From Cetorhinus maximus (lineage: Eukaryota), in NCBI RefSeq assembly GCF_964194155.1, contig NC_135901.1:11966001-12030000 (forward strand): a DNA stretch of 64,000 nt. The letters are read 5' to 3'. The translations under genes were made by a program, and so were the position numbers. How positions within the stretch are numbered: position 1 is the stretch's first letter; each line of letters opens with the position of its first letter. Of this stretch, positions 26,311 to 38,461 are shown piece after piece. Under the pieces are notes generated by a model. It was not told where the DNA came from. It searched no databases and saw nothing but the letters and a program-made list of their open reading frames with translations.

Positions 26311-27918
26311 AGCCAATAATCCAATTTCATCCCTTGCCTGTTGAGGTGGGCCCTGCACTATGTCCTGGTCGATATTCCTTCCTTCAACCAAAATAATCAA
26401 AGATACATTACTCTGATGCGAGACCCTTTGCTCCACCGCTGAAACTTCTGTGCTTAAATCAGAAACGTTTATCTGCAATTAGTTGCATTCTAAATCCATT
26501 TTGACCTCCCACAGAGCGTGATGGGGTGGCAGGTCAGTGTTTGTTGATCTGATAACGTGACAAACAATAACTTTCATCACCATTTTCTCAATGGTTAGGC
26601 GGTAAACTTCGGATCAGTGCTGATAATAAACGCACGTGTAGAAATGACAAGGCAGATCTGTACTGGTGCTAAGGAAAACTGTAATCACCTAGTGGCAGCA
26701 AAACGGTGTTTCTGTTCATCGTCCACGAGGATCTATTTCTGTTATTACTGCACTGGAGTACGTAACCGTTTGTTTCAGTTGCACTGCATCATATAATCTT
26801 TTTATGTTGTACGAGACATTGTAACATTAATTAATGCACCAAACTACGCCTTTTATTTGATGGAGAAATAATGAGGCAGTTCTACATAAAAACTTAAGAA
26901 AAAGGAATAGCTTAGGCTATCGATCCTTCAAGTCTTCACCACTTAGCAATAAATACATGGCTGATCTTCTATATCAATTCCACAATCCTGTACTTTCCCT
27001 GTATCAATTCCTAATTCTGCACGTATCCTTTCATCCTCTTTATATCCGAAAGTCTATCGATCTTTACCTTTTATATATGTAAACACTGAACATTCACTGG
27101 GGTGCAGAAACCTCAGTCCTAAATGTTCGACCCATTATTCTGGGAATGTGAACCTCAATTCTAGATTCCCCAACCAGGGTAAATTCCTCCCAGCATCGAT
27201 TCTATCAATACCCTTAAGAATTTCCATTGAATATGCGCACAGTCGGATTCACCTCCCCTCAGGGGACAAACACCTCATGCCAGGAACCAATCCAGTCAAC
27301 CTTCGTCACACTCCCTCCAAGACTAGCATATCCTTCCTTAGCTAAGGAGACTAAAACTGTACACAGCACTCTAGGTAATCTCACCAAGGCCCAATATAAT
27401 TGCAGAAAGTCTGCTTAACATTTGAACGATCATCCACTGTTAAGAAAGGCTAATGCAGCTCATGGTTTCCTAATTTATTGCTGTGGCAGCATGTTAACTT
27501 CCTGTGACCTACAGAGCACACAGCTCCCACTGATTGCCAACATTTCCCAGTCTCTCACAATTCGCAATGCCCTGTTCTTTTTTCAAATTTTCCCTCCTAA
27601 AGTGTATAATTTCACAATAGGTCAATCTTCTATGGTTTTCTACTCACGTAATCTGTCGGTGTTCCTTCTCAAAATTTTAGCGTCTTCCTCATTAATTATG
27701 TTTCTAGCTAACTTGTAACGTCAATTAACAAGTTTCGTCGTAATCTGCGTCCACCCGGTGCCAGTGGACCATACCTTTGTCTCTTAGTGCAGAACTTGGG
27801 AAACCTGTCCAGTTCTACAAACAACAACAAGAGAAGAATGCAAGAATAGAGTCAGCAACGCACGTTTTAACTGCTGCGAGTTAGGAAGGTACCTTGGAAA
27901 ACTAAATAGGCCTTGAAC

Positions 27919-28046
27919 ATTGCTGAAAAAAGGGAAATGCTGTCGAAGCTTTTGGTCTCGCACTTAGCAGGACAGATTCTTGTTGCGTATCTGTCCTGAT
28001 GAGTGCTAGGTGAAAAGCTGCGACAGCATGTCGCTTTTATCGCAAT
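27919..28046. other. ~128-bp imperfect palindrome containing hammerhead-ribozyme core motifs
   Basis: Arms ATGCTGTCGAAGCTTTT..GCACTTAGCAGGACAGAT and ATCTGTCCTGATGAGTGC..AAAAGCTGCGACAGCAT. CTGATGAG (27996-28003) is followed by GAAA. Confidence 0.55.
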
Positions 28047-30838
28047 ACCTCCGTTTCTATTACAGTAGGACTTTTCTATTTAAAAAGGCACTAAACCATG
28101 CGGCTCGTTTTTAAATGATGTCCTTTCTCAGTTTTTACCGCACCAGACAATGACTCCAATCAAAAGCACAATACTGCTAACGCTAGAAACCTGAAATAAA
28201 GGATGAAGACGCTGGAATAACTCTGCAGGTCTGTCAGCGTCTGTGGAGAGAGAAACAGAGTTAACGTTTCGAGTCCGTGGAGTTTCGAGACCTGCAGAGT
28301 TTTTCCACTATTTTCTGTCTTTATTTATTATTAAAGCCTCCGATAATTTCTGGACAGGCCATGCTTCTGGTAATATAGCACTGAGTCCTCTGGTATTACA
28401 GCACGAGACTCGGCTTCTACTTATATCACGCTCGGCCCGGCCTCATTTGCTACTGCACCAGGTTATAGCTCTGTTTAATTTACATCCTGCCTTTGTTAGT
28501 TGTAAACTAAAAGAATGTCTCTTTGCAGATTATTCCAAGCTTTATCTCAGATATAATTACACTGGATGCTCTCTCTGTCCATTTTACCCGAGGCCTTTGT
28601 CTCACCTCATATCACGCTAGATCACGTTTCTGTTTATATTACTTGACAATATGACATTTTTTTATTTCTACAGAGCGTGTCCCAGTTTTGTATTGCACTA
28701 GGTCCTCGTTCGATTATTACTGCATAGATGACATATCAGTGCATATTTCACTGGACCCCGTCTCTGGCCTCTTTGCACTAGCGTCTATCTCATTTCCTTC
28801 TGCTCTAGAACATGTGTCTATGTAAATTCAGATAAGCCCCCTCTAAGTTATTACTCCGCTCGACTATGTCTCTGTGTGCTTGAGAGGAGAAACGGCATCA
28901 ATTATTACTGCAGCTGAACATATACCTGTTGACATTACAGTAGGCCAGGTCTTAGATATTAAGGCGTTTACTTATGCTTCGGCCAAATTACACAAGTGGC
29001 TGATTCAGTTACTTGTACAGTCGGCCATCTCTTGTTTTATGTTAAAGAAGACGCTGTTCCCGTTTACATGACGCGAGAACTTGACTCTTCGTATGTTACT
29101 CTTGGCTCTGTGTTCGTTATTATTTGACTGGATCAGGCCAGTCTTTATAATACTTGAAACCCTGCCTAGTTACTACTATTCTAGAATCTATCGCTGTTCA
29201 TACTACACAAGATCCCATCTCTGCTTATGTTACACTAGATGCTGATCTGTATATTATATTCTTTTTATTCATTTTTGGGATGTACACGTCCCTGGATAGG
29301 CCAGCATTTATTGCCCATCCCTAATTGCCCTTGTTCAGAGGGCATTTAAGAGCCAACCACGTTGCTGTGGGTCTGGAGTCACATGTAGGCCAGTCCACGG
29401 GAGGGCAGCAGATTTCCATCCCTAAAGGAAGGAAAGGTTAGTATTGAACCAGATGGGTTTTTACAACAATCGACAATGGTTTCATGAGAGCGATTTTGCA
29501 AAAAAAAAAAGCAGTTCATCATCCGAGTAATTTCATTGAATGAAAATATTTTTTATTATTTCATAATAATATAACACAGATTAACCAATTGCATAAAAAA
29601 TAAATCACACATGGAAAGGACCTTTCCTCTTGTGGGAGAATCTAGAACTAGGAGTCACTGTTTAAAAATTACGGGTTTCCCATTTAAAACAGGGATGAGA
29701 AGAATTTTTTTCTCTCAGAAAGTAATGGGTCTTTGGAAATCCCTTCCTCAAAGGGCAGGGGAAGCAGAGTCTTTGAATGTTTTCAAGGCAGAGGTAGATC
29801 GATTTTTGATAAACAAGGGAGTGAAAGGTAACCGGAGGTACGTAGCAGGTTACAGCCAGATCAGACATCAGCATATTGAATACCATTGCACTGCCTGACT
29901 GTCTATAATAACCATGTTCAAATGTATGTAGTGTACATTGATTGGATGGAAGCACCTCATGATCTATGTGGAAAACTGGAATATGATTGCACTTTTTGTG
30001 ATGGCCATTTTGGAATGTTTTGTAATGTTCTTTCAGCTATTTTATGAATAAAGTATCTTTTTTCCAAAAAAGGAAATAATCCGCTTCCTCTCAACGGGCT
30101 TTGGAAACCTTTACAACGAGTCGCCTGTCGAGGGCAGTACCGGTTTGTGGTATAAAAACAGAAAATTATGGCCATACTCGGCAGGCCGGGAAGCATCGGT
30201 GCAGAGCGAATCAGAGTGAAAGTTTCATGTCCGCGACATTTCACCTGAACTCAGTCTGAGGAGCTGCTGATTTCTGGTGAAATGTCACAGACTGGAACCT
30301 TCACTCTGTTTCTGGTTGTATTTCCAGCATTTTCTGCTTGTGTTTCGAATTTGGTTAACTTTCTGCTACGAGACACAAGAAGGGGAGGGAAAAATATCAC
30401 CCACAGGACGATCGCAGGTGTATTCTTTTAGATAACTATTTGGTCACAACTAGGGACGAGAGTAAATATGCCCACATTGCGGACATTTCAGTTTAAGGGC
30501 GGATTTTGCTGTATAATTATACTAATGTTCTTTAAGAATCGTCACACAACGGCATAAAATAAACACTCAGGATCTCTCTCGGTTGCCTGGGACACAATCA
30601 GACAATGATGCTCCCCACGTAGCAAAGACCGCAATGACTAACTGCCCCCTCAGTCCGACACTCTCTGCTGTGACCATCAGTATCTCTGATGAAAGATCCT
30701 CTCTATTAGCATTTACTAGACAACCAGCGGCAGCCCAGCCCGTCTCTCCCGTTAGCTGTTCATGCTCTGAGACTCCTGGCCCGCCTTGTGTTATCAGAGA
30801 GATTGCTGCAGCTCTCCCGGAACTGTAACCAGAAGCGA

Positions 30839-31296
30839 GGTTTTTGTACAGAGACTGCCGCGTTTTGTCTCAGTGTGGGGCTCAGCCACACAGTAATAAA
30901 CCGCGGCATCGACGTTCCCCGTGTCTACAACGAGCAATTGGCCGCGTTTCTCCGACTCAGACAGATTCAGTTCAAATCGTCGGCTTCGCCCTTTGCCGGT
31001 CGATATCTGCCTTATAATCCACTCCAGTCCCTGACCGGATTTCTGTCTGTACCAATGCATCACGTAGAAGTCGGACAACTCGTAGCTGCAGTCCATCTGC
31101 GCCGAATCCCCGCTCTGGACTGTTTTCGAAGCCGGACAATGAAGCACACGGTCCGAGAGACATCGGCCTGGAAAAATATTCAGGGTATGAAACACTGGAA
31201 CAGAGAGATTAATAATGAAAAGCTCACCCTGGGTCATTGGCTCCCTGTCCTGTGCCGACCTGTTCGCATCGCCAGGATGATGGACAATAGCTTTAA
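30839..31296 (-). pseudogene. TCR V segment, family A: intact V exon (30878-31167) and 23-RSS (30839-30877), leader start lost
   Basis: Exon DRVLHCP..MDCSYELSDFYVMHWYRQKSGQGLEWII..DAAVYYCVAE is open and 290 nt, like the 229-518 exon. RSS is CACACTG-23-ACAAAAACC. Leader remnant 31260-31296 begins TTA instead of ATG. Confidence 0.82.
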
Positions 31297-31619
31297 CTGT
31301 GCAACAAAACATATGTTTGCTATGAGAATGTCAGTACGAAAACGGGACACAACTCACAACAGAAGGAAAGGAGTCGTGTGAAGAGATTAAATTGTTGGCT
31401 GATTAAAGTCAATGATGGATATTGAATGTCTACGCTATATATTTATTTTTCCCGCTCCTAATTGGCTGGAAATTGATATTGTTCGCCGGATATAAGGAGG
31501 CGGGTTGTTGGTCCGCTGCTCATTTCCCCCGCGGTTCATGTCTGAACCGATCAGTTGTCTGAAGGCCAGCAGCTTCTTCCGCTCCGGATGGAGGGAAGTG
31601 AGGGGAAGCACATCTCTTT

Positions 31620-34065
31620 ATGAGAGTCACTCTCATAGGCGACCAACCAGACACTATTTCTATTTCTTTGTCCATAACAAGCTTAAGATGTACCATGTTG
31701 TGGTCGCAATCACTAAAATGCTCCCCCACCACCACCTTAGGCACCTGTCCGGCTTCATTCCCTAGAATTAGGTCCAGCACTGCACCGTCCCTTGTAGGGT
31801 CCTCTACATATTGACCTAAAAAGCTCTCCTGTACACATTTCAAGAAATCCACTCCATCCAAGCCCTTAACACTATTTCTATCCCAATAAATGTGGGGAAG
31901 TTGAAATCACCTAATATAATTACTCTATTGTTATAGCTTTTACACACCTCCGCAAATTGCGCACATATTTGCTCCTCAATGTCCCGCTGACTATCTGGGG
32001 TCTATAATAAACACTTAACAATGTGGCTTCCCCTTCTTTATTCCTAAACTCTACCCAAAATGCTTCATTCAATGCCCCCCTCCAAGATATCATCTCTCCT
32101 TACTGCAGTAATTGACTCCTTAACTAATAATGCAATGCCTCCTCTTCTTTTACCCCCCTCCCCTGTCTCGCCCGAAGATTCTATATCCCGGAATGTTGAG
32201 CTTCCAATCCTGCCTCTCCCTCAGCCACGTCTCTGTGATGGCTACTATATCACAATTCCACGTGTCAATGCTCACCCTTAATTCATCCGTTTTACCTGTA
32301 ATACTCCTGGCATTAAAGTAGAGGTCATCCAGCCGTGCCTTACTCCCTTGAAGCTTAATGCAGTTGTTCTCCCTCTGACTTGATTGTTTTACTGTATTGT
32401 GATGCGTCCCTATTCTTCTAACATTGTGTGTCACCTCCCCCTGTCGAATTAGTTTAAACTCCTCCCAACAGCACTAGCAAACCCGCCCGCAAGGATGTTA
32501 GTTCATCTCTGGTTCAGATGTAGACCGTTCTGCGTGCACAGGCCCCATCTTCCCCAGAAACGTTCCCAGTGATCCAGGAATCTAAAACCCTCCCTCCTGC
32601 ACCAACTCTTTAGCCACGTATTCATCCGCGCTATTCTCCTATTTCTGAGCTCGCTCGCACGTGGCACTGGGAGTAATCCAGAGATTACAACTCGAGAGGT
32701 CTTGCTTTTTAGTCCACTGCCTAACTCCCTGAATTCTTGATGCAAGATATCATCGCTCTTTCTACCGATGTCATTGGTACCACCATGCACCATCGCCACT
32801 GCCTTATCCTCCTTCCCTTTCAGGATGCCCAACAGCCGCTCAGTGACATCTCGGACCCTGGCACTAGGGAGGCTACACACCATCCTGGAGTCACGTTAAA
32901 GGCTACAGTAGCACCTATCTGTTCCCCTGATGACAGAATCCCCTATTACTATTGCTCTTCCTCCCTTCCTCCCCTCTTGTACAGACAGGCTGCTTGTGGT
33001 ACCAGAAGCTTGGCTCTGTCTGCGCTCCCTGGAGGAACCAGCACCCTCATCAGCCTCCAAAATGGAATACCGATGTGCGAGCGGAAGCCCAGGGGACTCC
33101 TGAACTACCTGTCTGTTTCTCTTGGACTGCCTGGTGGTCACCCATTCCCTTCCTTCCTCGAGTCCCTTCAGCTGTGATGTGACCACCTCTGTAAACGTGC
33201 TATCCACGATGCTCTCAGACTCGCGGATGCTCCAGTGTCCCCAGCCGCCGTTTCAGCTCTGAAACCCGAGATTCCAGGAGCTGCAGCTGGATACAATTCC
33301 TGCACACATGCTGGTCCCAGGCACTGGAAATGTTCCCGGCTTCCCACATGAAGAACGAGGAGCACATCACGGCATTGAGCTCTCCTGCCATGTTATATCC
33401 CTTTAAATTAAACCTTTTAAATAAATTACTCTAGGGCACTTCTTTCCTGATCCTCGTTGCTACATAATATACAAACTACAAACCACAAAAAGACCCTAAA
33501 CTATAAGCGATAAAAATAGTAAATACTTACCCGACCTTACCCACTACTTACCAGCCATTACTTTCCCTTGTAGTCTGTACTGCTGCAGCAGGGTAAGGCC
33601 ACACTCTGAGGATTTAAGAAGTTGGATAGCAAAGATAAAATGCAAAGAGCACCTCTTCCCCTCTGCGCCAAATTCCCACTGTGCCAATACCCACACTCAC
33701 TCTGGCTGTGTCTCCCTCAGGATGAGGTCTCTTCCCTGCTCTTGTGCATGCACACTGTCGTGTGCTTCTAAATAGTCCCTTTCTTAATTAGAGCTGAAGT
33801 GAGCTGAAATGACTCACACTAGTTAAGCTTCAAATAGCAATCAATACCTATTAAATCCCTAATCAGGCATCAGGTGATTGACAGTTAACTGTAATACAGT
33901 CAGTTGACTCAGCTCCCTTACCAAACTTTTAACTAGACTACTGTGGTAACAAAAATTAAAGAGAAATGAAAGAGAAAGATTTACCAGTTCAATTCCCACT
34001 GTGCACCAAATTGCCAATACTCACACTCACTCTGGCTGTGTCTCACTCAGGCCGAGGTCTCTCAC
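31620..34065 (-). mobile_element. CR1-type LINE 5' half (5'UTR, ORF1 SGNH esterase-like domain, ORF2 AP-endonuclease), degraded and missing RT/3' end
   Basis: ORF1 motifs AIVIGDSVIRG, VHGGTNDIG and GLHLN. ORF2 motifs LYFNARSI..DIVAITETWL..IPGYRIFGRDR, QYVEDPTR..LDLIL and SDCDHNMV. Confidence 0.85.
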
Positions 34066-34091
34066 CTGTTTGTGTGCAACCACCATGTTCA

Positions 34092-34440
34092 GGTTTTTGG
34101 ACAGCTCTCTCCGTGCTCTGTATCACTGTGTGTCTGTAATCCCACCATGTTCAGGTTTTTGTACAGCTCTCTCCGTGCTCTGTATCACTGTGTGTCTGTA
34201 ATCCCACCATGTGCAGGTTTTTGCACAGCTCTCCCCGTGCTCTGTATCACTGTGTGTCTGTAATCCCACCATGTTCAGGTTTTTGTACAGCTCTCTCCGT
34301 GCTCTGTATCACTGTGTGTCTGTAATCCCACCATGTGCAGGTTTTTGTACAGCTCTCCCCGTGCTCTGTATCACTGTGTGTCTGTAATCCCACCATGTTC
34401 AGGTTTTTGTACGGCTCTCTGCGTGTTCTGTATCACTGTG
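34092..34440 (-). repeat. Tandem array of six 23-RSSs (62-bp unit) downstream of the supporting V-delta
   Basis: Heptamers (CACAGTG on minus) at 34124, 34186, 34248, 34310, 34372 and 34434. Each has a 23-bp spacer and a nonamer: ACAAAAACC in four units, GCAAAAACC and CCAAAAACC in one each. 23-bp linker TGAACATGGTGGGATTACAGACA. Confidence 0.95.
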
Positions 34441-34746
34441 CTGTGCGCCGACTCAGGTCACAGTAATACACAGCGGAGTCGCTCAGTTGTAGTTTGGAGA
34501 TATTTAACCAGCCGATTTTCTTGGCAGAATCGACAGAAGCAGAAATTCTCCCCCCAGCAACGTTTTCTTTATTCTCCTCTCCTGAAGTGTGTCTCTGAAG
34601 CAGATATTCCGGAGCCTGTCCTGGGGACTGACGGTACCAGTGTACTGTGTACTGACAGAACCCTGAATATTCACATCTTAAAGTAACGGTGTCACCGGCA
34701 GGAGAGGTGTGTAGAGGCGGATTCCGGGAAATTATGGAACTGGAAT
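34441..34746 (-). CDS. NAR-TCR supporting V-delta exon (leaderless, extra CDR1 Cys), intact
   Basis: Polypyrimidine + CAG acceptor at 34747-34748. Open frame (D)SSSIISRNPPLHTSPAGDTVTLRCEYSGFCQYTVHWYRQSPGQAPEYLLQRHTSGEENKENVAGGRISASVDSAKKIGWLNISKLQLSDSAVYYCDLSRRT. Phase matches the J donor at 37653-37658. Absent from the ORF track because it has no start codon. Confidence 0.9.
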
Positions 34747-37658
34747 CTGGAGGACAAAAAAAATGAACATTTTATTTTTGTTTAACCTCTGTTTGTCCAG
34801 GTAAATATGTCATCCACGTGAATAGCTCTGCTTTTTGAAGTAATTTTATTTGCTGGAAGCCTGTTTGAACCATGTTCACTCTTATGAAAATATGATCAAG
34901 TGGGGAATGAGGTGATATTTTAGTTTACATGGCGAACTCTTCCGATTAGGACTGCACTGTCTGAATCGGTGTTGGGAACAGATTCCATTGTAACTTTCAA
35001 ACGGGTAATGGATCTGTGCTGGAAATGTAAATACAAATATAGAACGTTGGAGAAAATTCATGGGCAGTGGGAAAAATTGGATTGCACTTTTAAAGGGTCA
35101 GCACCTACACGAGGGGCCGAATGTCATCATTCCGTGCTGGATAATTCTATGAATTATATTACATTCCCGTTTCTATTTTCCTTGGTGAGACACAAACCCG
35201 AGGGAGCATTTTATGTTCAGCGAGGCAACCAGTTTCCAAAAAAAAAAACATGTTTGTTGGAGAGAAACACAGCTGTGTGGCATCACTGCGCACAGCAAAA
35301 TCCAACACAAACTGATGGGAATCATCAGCACCGATTGGGCAAAACAGAGAGTGAGAACCAGTGGTCAAAGGTCAATCATTTACTGCGGTTTAAAACTACT
35401 CGGGAAATTCTCTCTGCCTTTTGCTGTATTTCTCCATGTTCTATCAATAGTGTCCTATTTTCTCCAGTTCAGCTTAATTTCAAATATGTACAATTAATTT
35501 CATCTTATTTCTCTAATTTCACGTTCCCTTTATTTCACATTTTCTTTGTGTTGTTTGTGCTTTCTGCAATCGTGGGAACTTGCCCCAAAGTCTCTCAGTT
35601 GTCGGTTGGGTTCAGTCTGTTCAATTTCCGCAGTGGTTTTACTGTTACTCACTGGGAACTGCCTCTTCTGGCTCTCTGACAATTTCAATTCTTTCCGCAC
35701 GTTAACTGATTCTATCCCGGGTTCACTGGGTGGAGTTTTCTCTTAATTTTACATTATAGAGGAAGAAGAATACAGAAGAGGAATGCGCCAGTCAGCCTGT
35801 GTATATCATCAATTCCAGCCGCACCCCACCAGAAATCTGATTGACCATTTACATCCAGCTCCCTGTGTTGGTCTGTTCCGTTCTCCCTCCTGTGTTTTCA
35901 AGTGTTTCAATAAATATATCAATGCCAACTCCAACCTCTCCCTGTGGCAGCAAGTTCCACATTCTGACCTGCCTTTGTTTAAATTCATTTGCCTTAAATG
36001 TTTTATTTGTTCTGTTAATGACTGTCATATGTTGACGGCTATTGCTTTGGACTCAGCCACAAATGAACAATTTATCCACATTAAAACCGTTCATTATTGT
36101 AAAACATTCTATGGATTCTCCTTGTGGTTCTTTTTTCCGGAAAAAAGAGACCCAGCCTGTTCAATCTTCCCAAGAGATGTGGATTGTTGCTGATTTCTTG
36201 TTTCATCAAAGTAGAGAATCGAATCAACAGAAGCAGGAGCCCCGATATCACCATTTAAACCCGTTCAGCCATTCAGTAATATCCTGGCTGATTTACAACT
36301 TCAACAACACATTCCCGCATTCTCCCCATATCCCCTGTTCCGTTTAGTGTCCGAAAACCTATCGAATATTGTCTTGAATGGACATAGATTATGAACATCC
36401 ACCGCTCTCTGAGTTACAGAATGCCACAGATTAACAACAATGGTTCTACAGAAGATATTTTTTCCTTCTCAGTTCTAATGGATGAAACTTTATTCTGAAG
36501 CTGTGACGCCGAGTTCTATACTCCTCAGTCTGGGGAAACTCCGAGCCAGAATCTGCCCTGTCAAAGCCCTTCAGAATATTATATGTTTTCATGAGTTCAC
36601 CTCTCATTCTTCTAAACTCGAGGAACTATAGACCGAGACGACTAAATCTCTTCCCATTGGACAATCACTCCATCTCAGGAATCAGTCTGATAAACCTTTG
36701 CTGCACTCCTTCCAATGCAGATTGATCTCTCTTCAGTAAGTAGGCCAAAACTTTACACAGAATTCCAGACTGGAGTCCATTTCAGTCTTTCACTCATAAA
36801 CCTCACGCATCCTGGGGTCAGAAATCATCCAATCCTTCTCTCCCTTTCGATTTTTTTTTTCTTGCTGGTTCTAAATGAGCATTCTCCTAGTTTATAATTG
36901 TTTCCTTATGTTTCTGTTCTCCTTCATAAGATTAATGCATCATCCTCACTCTCTCACTGCACTGTATTGCTTATTCCACAGTAATCAGGGATGCAGATAA
37001 ATTACAGCCATCCCATCTCTCAAACATGTACAGTCAATATGGAGAAGTGTCTGCAGTTCCAAACTTTCACATCTCGGTCTGAGGGCGGGAAAGGAGGAAA
37101 GTGACTGGTTGAAGACAATTGAAAGAAATGGGGAGGGGGGCAATGTCACTAATTTCAGTCACCGATTGTCCAATAATAAAATTCCATCTGGACCCACATC
37201 AGGATCTCTTATATCTGAAGTCCCTTGTGTCACTCGCCCGTTTCTCTCCCGGGTCAGGTATTGAACGAGCCGCTGCAGGTATCCGAACTGGCCGCAGTTG
37301 TGTTGAGTTTATTCACTCGGTTTCTGATTCACATAGCGCGGCTCGGACTGCAATCTGCTGCCCAGGAGAGAGCTCTGTGACCCCGCTCCCGGGCTCCAAG
37401 GGACAGACAGAGCTCCCTCGGTCACAGTTAACACCGGGAGTGGAGTCCGGATTGCCGACCATCTCCGCTCATTAAAAGCGATTCAGAGTGTGAGAGTCCG
37501 TGATGTTGAGGTTGTCTCCGATGTACCCGTTAAACCAATAATGGTCCAGATTCCGTCAACTCCCACAACCCACCCAAACTCCACTGATATCAATAATAAA
37601 CTGACGATGAACATTACCCGAGACAGTCTGTAACCCGGCGGGGTTTGGAGCTACTTAC

Positions 37659-37750
37659 CGGCTGTGACAGTCACCACCGTCCCGGACCCATCCGCATAAT
37701 CAGTGTACCACCACAGTGACTCCGCTCTGAGTCTCTCCGGCACAACAACC
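37659..37750 (-). CDS. NAR-TCR J segment (37659-37711) with 5' 23-RSS (37712-37750)
   Basis: Encodes WYTDYADGSGTVVTVTA followed by G|GTAAGT. RSS on the + strand: CACAGTG-23-ACAACAACC. Confidence 0.9.
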
Positions 37751-38065
37751 ACCGACACCTCAACCTGCCGGGAAATCATCATCAGACAGTAGAAACTGCC
37801 CAATTATTCAGCGGGTTTAAATAAATAAAAAATATTCAATGTTTCAAAGTCTCTGTCGGTTCAAATTGTTCTTTGTGAGGCCCTGAGCTCAGAGTAAATG
37901 GTTCCCGGAACGAGATGTTCGCATCATATAAGCCGATAAAAATATCAAAGAAAAATAACTGAATGGTGGAAATTACAATGAAATTTAACCAGATTCCAGC
38001 GACAATAACATGAGCCCGACAATTCATTATCTGGGCCCCGAGAATTTATATTGTGATCGGACAGA

Positions 38066-38136
38066 AGTATTTGCTCGGGTCTCTCCCACTGTGACTGTCC
38101 CAAAATAACACAGTGTTACAAGTCAGTATAAGATCC
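38066..38136 (-). CDS. NAR-TCR D segment (38094-38108, TTATTTTGGGACAGT) flanked by two 12-RSSs
   Basis: 3' RSS CACAGTG-12-GCAAATACT; 5' RSS CACAGTG-12-ATAAGATCC. D is open in all three frames (LFWDS/YFGT/ILGQ). Confidence 0.88.
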
Positions 38137-38461
38137 CCCGGGTACTTGGTGAGATGTGGGGACATTAGTTAAACAGAGGGAACTGCGGTTCCCGGTTCCA
38201 GCTTTAGACCGGGGTCACATCTGGTGTTAGGGGTTTGTAACTGTGATCAGTCATTCCCAATCCCCATTCACTGACATCAATCGCGGAATAGACATCACCA
38301 TCCGCACACACTCGGCATTTATAAATCTCAAGATGTTAACGGCAATAATCCAATCCCATTATAAACTACACTGTGGGGCAGCCCGTGTGAGGCGGATCTG
38401 TGAGGGTTTAACTGCAGATTCACTCGCATTTTCATTTGTTTCTGTGATAATCTGCAGTGAG

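Noticed and set aside
34092-34440. CRISPR-like array
   Set aside because: Vertebrate DNA, no unique spacers and no cas genes; the units are tandem RSS copies.
34969-35679. 236-aa plus-strand ORF in the J/V-delta intron
   Set aside because: Starts in a CR1 3' remnant, has no domain motifs, and is not preserved in the paralogous intron at 56.0-56.4 kb.
38369-38375. Isolated heptamer between NAR V and D (possible second D)
   Set aside because: No nonamer at 12 or 22/23 bp and no partner heptamer.
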